Position numbers and translations under genes: made by a program | The notes under the pieces: generated by a model | Database searches by the model: none | What the model was told of the DNA's origin: nothing | Seen by the model: only the letters and a program-made list of their open reading frames with translations | Shown: one piece after another, positions 27,254 through 33,851 of the stretch | Layout: every line of letters begins with the position of its first letter | Position numbering within the stretch: position 1 is the first letter of the stretch | Source of the DNA: Squalus acanthias | Taxonomy: Eukaryota | Direction of reading: 5' to 3' | Assembly: GCA_030390025.1 (NCBI GenBank) | Contig: CM059432.1 | Location: 99,946,001-100,010,000 of the forward strand | Length of the DNA: 64,000 bases

Positions 27254-29065
27254 ATGGCGACCGCGGCAGGACACTGGCAGCGAGAGGGTAGTGTGTTAGA
27301 TTTTGGAATGACTGTACGAACTGTGATGCAGGAAAAGATAGCGGATTACGTATTTGGAAAGGTTAATCTAACGAAAAAGTGGATAAGCGAATTGTTAGCG
27401 GATAAGAGCCCACTAGAGGCAGCTGAAAGGTGGACGGATAGTAAGGAGCATAAAAAGGCAGTTGAGAAAGCAGTCTGGCTTATGTGCTACAAAAGGCAGG
27501 TTCAGATTTCAAACCAGACCAATACAGCGCTAACCGCTCGAATCAAGCATCTAGAGGAGGAAATGGAGGAGAAGGTTTCTGGAGGGGAGGCGCTCATTAA
27601 GAGTTTAAATGAGTTACGCCAGGAAAGCCAGGAAGTCTCCAGTTACCTTAAAACAAGGGTAGAGTATCTCGAGTGCCAGATCACTGAAGCAAAATTAAAC
27701 GAGAGTAGGATGAAGGAAAGATGTAACCGTCAAGCTGCCCAGATAAGAACTCAAGAAGAGAGCTTAATGGGGGTTAGGTCGGCGTATAAGTTGGCCCTTG
27801 AGGATAAGTTTCAGGGAGCCGACCATAGCGCCTGCGAAAAAGAGATAGAGAGTCTCAAAAAGGCCGTGAACAATGCGAACGGCATGGTGTGCCTTATTAA
27901 TCCGTCGGCACGCCAGCCGCTAGTAAATGAGAGATTTAGAAATTCCCCACCAAGTAAAGCAGAAGAAGTAGTAGCCAGTGCGCCCTCCGCGCCACCCAGC
28001 TATTCAGAAACCTGGGTTAGGGAGGAAGCAACGGAAGAAGCAAAAGAGCCCGTTGAAAAAGAGGTAGAAAAGGGATCGTTGTATCCAGTAACGGGGATTA
28101 AAAGGGGCCCAAGCAGAAACGGTGGGGAAGAACCGGGGGATCTCCTCGGACAGCTGGTGTTGCCTCACAGTTCACATCAGCTGAGGGCCATGATAAACCA
28201 CGTAAGGAAGCTGACCGAGATAGACGACCCTTCCGTACATTTCAGGGAAGTTGAGCAAGCCGCAGCCATCAACGGCTGCGATGATGGGGAGACAGCAAAA
28301 ATGCTGCTGTTCTCATTAGATAGCTCGGTCCTTCAGTGTCTCTCAGGCGATAGCAAGAGGGGTAATAAAAGTTATGAGGAATTGAAAAATGAGGTCCTAG
28401 AAGTAGTGGGAGCGAACGACGGAGGTCCGTTTGCTAGAGTGGGACAGACAGTGCAGATGGAGGGAGAACCCCCGAAGGTTTTTGCCGACAGGCTGTGGCC
28501 AGTATATGAGCGCAGCTGTCTAGGTGCGCCCGAGCGCGAAGATGTGGAAGGCGCCGCTTTAATTCATTGGCTTAGGTGCATAATAGCCAACAGTTTACCA
28601 GCCGTTAGAGAGCAGGCAAAAGCCTGGTTCGATCCCAATGACCTCAACCTTACGGAAGAGTCGGTCTTGAATCGACTCACGTTAGGTTATCGTAATATAA
28701 GGGGTATGACGACACGTCCCTTTAAGGGAAGAGTACATGAGGTACGACCCGCAGCCCCGGCTCAAAAGGAGTGGCATCAGGAGGGTAATCGCGCCCCACA
28801 GGCAAGTCATGCCTGTTACGGGTGTGGGAAGACAGGGCACTGGCGCAAGCACTGCAGGAACCCTTGGAAGGATTCCAAGGATAAAAATCCCGCGGTCCGA
28901 ACCCAGGCGCCTGTCCCGGCTAAGGAAGCAAAGGCACCCACCTCTCCCGAAGACCTCGAAGCAGTGTTAGGAGTCATGCGCAAGATGGTTTTGAATGCGC
29001 GTGGACAGGTGGCGGTCGCAACCGGCCCCGTAGGTGCCGCAGGACCGTCTAATAGTGCCCCATGA
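27254..29065 (+). CDS. gag: Gag polyprotein (603 aa)
   Basis: Intact ORF after PBS; N-terminal coiled coil, PSAPPSY late domain, capsid-like helical region, CCHC knuckle CYGCGKTGHWRKHC. Confidence 0.92.
   Translation: MATAAGHWQREGSVLDFGMTVRTVMQEKIADYVFGKVNLTKKWISELLADKSPLEAAERWTDSKEHKKAVEKAVWLMCYKRQVQISNQTNTALTARIKHLEEEMEEKVSGGEALIKSLNELRQESQEVSSYLKTRVEYLECQITEAKLNESRMKERCNRQAAQIRTQEESLMGVRSAYKLALEDKFQGADHSACEKEIESLKKAVNNANGMVCLINPSARQPLVNERFRNSPPSKAEEVVASAPSAPPSYSETWVREEATEEAKEPVEKEVEKGSLYPVTGIKRGPSRNGGEEPGDLLGQLVLPHSSHQLRAMINHVRKLTEIDDPSVHFREVEQAAAINGCDDGETAKMLLFSLDSSVLQCLSGDSKRGNKSYEELKNEVLEVVGANDGGPFARVGQTVQMEGEPPKVFADRLWPVYERSCLGAPEREDVEGAALIHWLRCIIANSLPAVREQAKAWFDPNDLNLTEESVLNRLTLGYRNIRGMTTRPFKGRVHEVRPAAPAQKEWHQEGNRAPQASHACYGCGKTGHWRKHCRNPWKDSKDKNPAVRTQAPVPAKEAKAPTSPEDLEAVLGVMRKMVLNARGQVAVATGPVGAAGPSNSAP
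27255..27272 (+). promoter_or_regulatory. Primer-binding site, tRNA-Arg(UCG)
   Basis: TGGCGACCGCGGCAGGAC, 5 nt after the LTR end, complementary to the vertebrate tRNA-Arg(UCG) 3' end as I recall it (...GUCCUGCCGCGGUCGCCA). Confidence 0.85.
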
Positions 29066-31618
29066 CTAGAACCAGCACAGCCCGTCTACCTGTGTCCGCT
29101 CAGCTATGATGCGTGGAGGCGACCTGTGGTGGAGATGGAGGTAGAGAAACAAAAGGGCAGTTATTTGTTGGACACGGGAGCTTCTTGCACCATAATCCAT
29201 ACAGATGACCCTTTTGACTCGCCGCTATCTACCAAGGTCCCATTCACGCTAGCAGGGTTCACAGGGAAAGAACAGGCTGGCACGTTTTCCCTCCCGCTAT
29301 CCATTCGTTTAGGGACACTTCGCCTTAAGTGGAAGTGTATACTGATGGCATGGCAAAAGGGGGGTGGAAGAGGTATTCTCGGGTCCGATCTGCTAGCGGG
29401 ACACGGGATCCTCGTGGACCTCAGAAATCACTGTCTCTGGGGGGCTAAAGGTGAAAAAGGCGAGGTAATGGTAATTCAAGGGGAGGAAGAAACAGGGGTC
29501 CTGTGTACCGTACAGCCATCCGGAGGCTACGACCTCAGGCTTATGGTCGCAGATGTCCCAACGGACATGCAAACGTACGTGACAGATAATATGCACGCGT
29601 TTGCAACCCACAAGCACGATTGTGGGAGGGTGGTCGGGTTTGAGGTCAGCGTAGATGGGGACCCCATGACCCGACCCCAAAAGCAGTATAACTTCCCCAA
29701 AGAAGCAGAACCCGATATGGAGGCAGCAATGTCTTCCTTGGTGCAGCAGGGCGTGTTGAGGCCGATAGCCACACACGTGAACTCCCCATTATGGCCGGTT
29801 AGGAAGCCGGATAATTCGTGGAGAGCCACGGTGGACTACAGAGTCCTTAACAGTAACATCCCCGCCTGCGCGCCCACAGTAGCAGCAGTTGCTGACCTAA
29901 TAGGGAGCATCCCAGCGTCCGCGACCACGTTCACGGTGCTGGATATCTCGAACGGTTTTTGGTCCATCCCGCTGCGGCGAGAGGACCAGTACAAGTTTGC
30001 CTTTACGTTTAAAGGGCAACAGTACACGTGGAACTGCTTGCCACAGGGTTTCCACAATAGCCCCAGTATTTTTCACCAGTGTATGGCAGGAAGTTTAAAG
30101 GAGTTTAGTCAGCCCAATCAGATAGTACAGTATGTGGATGATTTGCTCCTATTTACGGACTCAAGGGAGGAGCACGGACCACTACTGGACGAGTTATTGG
30201 AGCTGTTAGCGAGAAAGGGTTTTAAAGTAAACCCAAAGAAAGCACGTATCGGTCAGCAGGAAGTAAAATTCCTGGGACTGACCCTACGCGCTGGGGAAAG
30301 AGCCATAGACAAAGCAAGGAGGGAGTCGGTGCAAGAATTACCGATTCCCAACAACGTAAGGGGTGTGAGGTCCTTCTTGGGACTGACCGGTTACTGCAGG
30401 GATTTTATCGAGGATTATGCGGCCACAGCGGCGCCGCTCCTCCGACTCCTCCATAAGGGAGTAGAGTGGCTTTGGGACGAGGGCTGCCAAGCAGCCTTCG
30501 AGAAGTTAAAAAGGGATCTGCAGACCGCGCCAGCCTTAGGGGCCATAGATGGGGGGAAGGAGTTTTTCCTGGAGGTAGCTGCCAGCGGAGACAGCTTAAG
30601 CGCCGTGCTGCTCCAAGAGCGTCACGGCAAGCTGAGGCCGGTTGTCTATTCATCCAGGGTATTAACGGATGTGGAGAGAAGTTTTTCCAATTGCGAAAGG
30701 CACCTTTTAGCCACGCATTGGGCTGTGAAAAGATCAGCGATCTTCACAGGGCTCTCTCCCATCACTCTCCTCACACATCACACACCAACTAAGATGCTTC
30801 TGGATGGGAGGATTAAAGACGGGACCGTAAGCAGCGCACGCATTGCGCGTTGGACCCTTCTTCTCTCCCAGTTGGACATCAGAGTAAAAGGTCTTTGCGA
30901 GCCCAGGCTTGCGGCCAATTTGGTATACCCCGGTACAGCCCACCGGTGTTCGGTGGAGGGGGTGTGGGACGTCAACATAGGTTTACGGGCCGGGATACAT
31001 CCCACTGGGCGCGAGATTTATGTTGATGGGTCTAGCACAGTATCTGCTGGCGAGCGACTCACAGGGTGTGGAGTTTATGACCCTGCGGCAGACCTTGCCC
31101 TGGCGATCAAGCTCCCTAGCACCATGAGCGCGCAGCAGGCTGAGCTGTCTGCCGTGGTGTACGTGGTAACCCACCCAGACATTTTCCCAACCCCATACAC
31201 GATTTGCTCGGACAGTATGTTCACCTGCAATTCGTGTACGGAATACCTGGCCATTTGGTCCCGCCGTGGATACACCTCCGCGGACGGGCGACCTTTAACG
31301 GTAAAGCCCTTGCTGGAAAAGATCTTAGCAGCAGCAGTAGGGGAGGAAGGGGAGATTTTCATCCATAAGGTGAAAGCTCACTCCTCCACAGAGCCCCGTG
31401 GGGAGGGCAACCGGCAGGCGGATGCGCTAGCCAGGGAGGGTGCCCGCGACGGTACTTTCTGGAACCCCTATAGAACCGGACCCATAGCAGCGGTCCGAGG
31501 TGGGGACGGGAATACCGGGAACACCAGGGTAGCATTGCCCCTAGACCTTAAGACCGTCCAAGCCCAGGATCCCGCCCTAAAAGCAGTCCTAAAAACGATT
31601 GCTGAGGGGGGCAGGTAG
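29066..31618 (+). CDS. pol: Pol part 1: protease, RT, tether (degenerate RNase H), RNase H; in frame with gag behind one UGA
   Basis: LLDTGAS; LDISNGFW, LPQGF, YVDD (30131); tether FFLEVAAS...SAVLLQ...YSSR; RNase H IYVDGS...SAQQAEL...SDS...VKAH...GNRQADALA. Confidence 0.95.
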   Translation, partial: LEPAQPVYLCPLSYDAWRRPVVEMEVEKQKGSYLLDTGASCTIIHTDDPFDSPLSTKVPFTLAGFTGKEQAGTFSLPLSIRLGTLRLKWKCILMAWQKGGGRGILGSDLLAGHGILVDLRNHCLWGAKGEKGEVMVIQGEEETGVLCTVQPSGGYDLRLMVADVPTDMQTYVTDNMHAFATHKHDCGRVVGFEVSVDGDPMTRPQKQYNFPKEAEPDMEAAMSSLVQQGVLRPIATHVNSPLWPVRKPDNSWRATVDYRVLNSNIPACAPTVAAVADLIGSIPASATTFTVLDISNGFWSIPLRREDQYKFAFTFKGQQYTWNCLPQGFHNSPSIFHQCMAGSLKEFSQPNQIVQYVDDLLLFTDSREEHGPLLDELLELLARKGFKVNPKKARIGQQEVKFLGLTLRAGERAIDKARRESVQELPIPNNVRGVRSFLGLTGYCRDFIEDYAATAAPLLRLLHKGVEWLWDEGCQAAFEKLKRDLQTAPALGAIDGGKEFFLEVAASGDSLSAVLLQERHGKLRPVVYSSRVLTDVERSFSNCERHLLATHWAVKRSAIFTGLSPITLLTHHTPTKMLLDGRIKDGTVSSARIARWTLLLSQLDIRVKGLCEPRLAANLVYPGTAHRCSVEGVWDVNIGLRAGIHPTGREIYVDGSSTVSAGERLTGCGVYDPAADLALAIKLPSTMSAQQAELSAVVYVVTHPDIFPTPYTICSDSMFTCNSCTEYLAIWSRRGYTSADGRPLTVKPLLEKILAAAVGEEGEIFIHKVKAHSSTEPRGEGNRQADALAREGARDGTFWNPYRTGPIAAVRGGDGNTGNTRVALPLDLKTVQAQDPALKAVLKTIAEGGR

Positions 31619-33567
31619 AAGGTCCGTACAGTACGGCAACCCTCTCAGTTAAGGAAGGCATGCTGTTCCGCGAGGAGCAGTGGGTTGTGCCGCAGCAGCA
31701 CAGGAGGGAATTCCTCCAGTTGGCTCACGAGGGACCAGGGGCAGGGCACCCCGGGCCCGAGGTTACCTGGCAACGGGTAGAGCAAGCGGGATGGTGGCCA
31801 GGGCTCAGGGAACAAGTCCGCGAGTTCTGTGCAAACTGTCTTGTGTGCGCTGCAAACAACCCAGACCCCCAGAAAAGGAAGGTGCCCATGGGACACGTAA
31901 GAAGGGTAGAGGGACCATGGCAGTCGATACAGATCGACTATATAGGACCCCTGCCCACCACCCAGGGAGGTTATAAGTACTGCCTCGTCCTGGTGGATGT
32001 GTTTTCCAAGTGGGTGGAAGCCTTCCCTTGTCGAACAGCTACGGCACTGGGTACAGCAAAAATCTTGGTCCGGGAAGTGTTCTCGCGGTGGGGACTCCCC
32101 CGTTTCGTGGAGTCAGACCAAGGGAGTCATTTCACCGGCCAGGTGATGCAGAACACCCTCATGCTTTTGGGCATTGAAGGGAAGTGGCACGTAGCACACA
32201 ATCCCCAGTCATCCGGGATTGTTGAACGTATGAACCGGACCCTGAAGGAGAAATTGAGGAAAGAGACTAGGAACTCGCCCCAAAAATGGGCGGAAGTTCT
32301 GCCTTTAGTCCTCATGGGGGTCCGGGCCAGTCAGTCAAAAAGTACGGGGTACTCCCCGCACGAGGTAATGACCGGCAGGCTCATGCGAACCCCCACCCAT
32401 GTGCTAGCCCCGGTGCTCACTGAGGGTCAGCTCCAGGAGATAAGCAGGGACAAGTTCGCCCAGACTCTCTTGGAGCGCCTGAAGCAAGTTTATGAGCAGG
32501 CGGCTGGGAACATGGGAAGGCAGCACCAGGGCAATCGCTTGTTGCTGGAACCCCGCAAAACGCGGGAGTGGGAAGTAGGAGACCAGGTCATGGTCAGAAA
32601 CTACGCCAGAGTAGGGAGTCTGGAACCACTGTATATGGGACCCTACAACATTGTAGACAAGGCAAGTCCCATGGTTTACGCCGTAAAAGTACCTCGGCGC
32701 ACTAAGTGGTTCCACATAAACCAATGTAAACTGTACCAGCCGGGTGCGCAAGGGAAAACTACAGGGGTAAATCCCGCCAATGGGAAAACACAGCCCCAGG
32801 TAGGACCACAAGGCACACAGGCAGGCGTAGCAGCTTGCATCAGGGGAAGGGACATCCCGGACGATCATGCAGCGTTTTTCTGGAGTTGGGGGTTAGATGA
32901 CGAGGACCCCAGGGTACCCTGGTCAGATGAGGATAGTGCAGATGAGCATAGTGATGATGACGGGTGGTTCCTGAGGAACGGTCTGGGAGGATTGGGGCCG
33001 ATAGGTAGAGATCCATACGGGGTGGACACACAAGCTGCAGGTCCCGACAGCAGGAGGAAGGAGCTAGAGGAGGCCGGGCCAGCCGCTATGTGGTTCCCAG
33101 AGGTGTGGCCGCCCGCTTTGAACGTCCAGTCCTCAGGGGAGGCAGAGTTCGCGAGTGAAGGGCCGCCTGCTGGGCCGAGCAGGGCGGGGCCCCGAACTGC
33201 CAGCCCCGAGGTTAGGGAGGCGGAGTCAGCGGAGGCGGGGCTGGCGCCTGTGATGGAACCCCAGGTCATCCCGTTGAAGGTCTCGGGACCCGGTCCGTCC
33301 GTCACGGAGCCCCCGCCCATAGCAATTCCCCGTAGGTCAAGCAGAGTACCCCAGCCCAGGAAGATGTGGTCAGGTCCACAGGCTGCCCCAGGGCGTAAGT
33401 TTCAGGTTAAGATAACCCGGGTAGAGACAGGCCACATCGAAGCAGTAACAGGCTGCGGCAGATCAGAGGAAAGGGTCAGCGCAGCAACAGGCTGCGGCAG
33501 ATCAGAGGGAAGGGTCAGTGCCCTCCCACCGTCGGGAAGAGCTCGCAGCAGCCTTCTCAGGATTTAA
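31612..33567 (+). CDS. pol: Pol part 2: integrase (HHCC, DD35E, GPY/F) with long C-terminal extension; -1 frame relative to part 1
   Basis: AHEG...GHPG...CLVC; IDYIGP, SDQGSHF, GIVERMNRTLK; YMGPY; open reading continues upstream to the G6 run at 31606-31611. Confidence 0.93.
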   Translation, partial: QVEGPYSTATLSVKEGMLFREEQWVVPQQHRREFLQLAHEGPGAGHPGPEVTWQRVEQAGWWPGLREQVREFCANCLVCAANNPDPQKRKVPMGHVRRVEGPWQSIQIDYIGPLPTTQGGYKYCLVLVDVFSKWVEAFPCRTATALGTAKILVREVFSRWGLPRFVESDQGSHFTGQVMQNTLMLLGIEGKWHVAHNPQSSGIVERMNRTLKEKLRKETRNSPQKWAEVLPLVLMGVRASQSKSTGYSPHEVMTGRLMRTPTHVLAPVLTEGQLQEISRDKFAQTLLERLKQVYEQAAGNMGRQHQGNRLLLEPRKTREWEVGDQVMVRNYARVGSLEPLYMGPYNIVDKASPMVYAVKVPRRTKWFHINQCKLYQPGAQGKTTGVNPANGKTQPQVGPQGTQAGVAACIRGRDIPDDHAAFFWSWGLDDEDPRVPWSDEDSADEHSDDDGWFLRNGLGGLGPIGRDPYGVDTQAAGPDSRRKELEEAGPAAMWFPEVWPPALNVQSSGEAEFASEGPPAGPSRAGPRTASPEVREAESAEAGLAPVMEPQVIPLKVSGPGPSVTEPPPIAIPRRSSRVPQPRKMWSGPQAAPGRKFQVKITRVETGHIEAVTGCGRSEERVSAATGCGRSEGRVSALPPSGRARSSLLRI

Positions 33568-33818
33568 AGGGGCCGCCCTGAGAACGGGCGGCATTGTAAA
33601 GTTATTAGTTTAAGGTTTTAAGTTTTAGTTTAAAGTTTTAAGTAGTTTTAATAAGGTTAAGTTTGTAGTGTTTTTAACAGAAAACGATAAAATGATGGGA
33701 GTTTTAAGGCTAGGTTTAGAGGAAGTCTATTCAGCAAACGTTGAAGTTTACGTGAGGCGAGGTCAGGGGACCCGCTCACCCTTCACAAAAGCCAGAGACT
33801 TTTTGCGAGGCTGGCTAC

Positions 33819-33838
33819 CTCATTCTATCTGATCACAG
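33819..33838 (+). promoter_or_regulatory. Candidate env splice acceptor
   Basis: CTCATTCTATCTGATCACAG| ending 13 nt before the env ATG (AGGATGG). Confidence 0.6.
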
Positions 33839-33851
33839 GAACCAAGGAAGG

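Noticed and set aside
31603..31615. Programmed -1 frameshift before integrase
   Set aside because: G GGG GGC is not a canonical X XXY YYZ slippery site (Y normally A/U); a homopolymer indel is simpler
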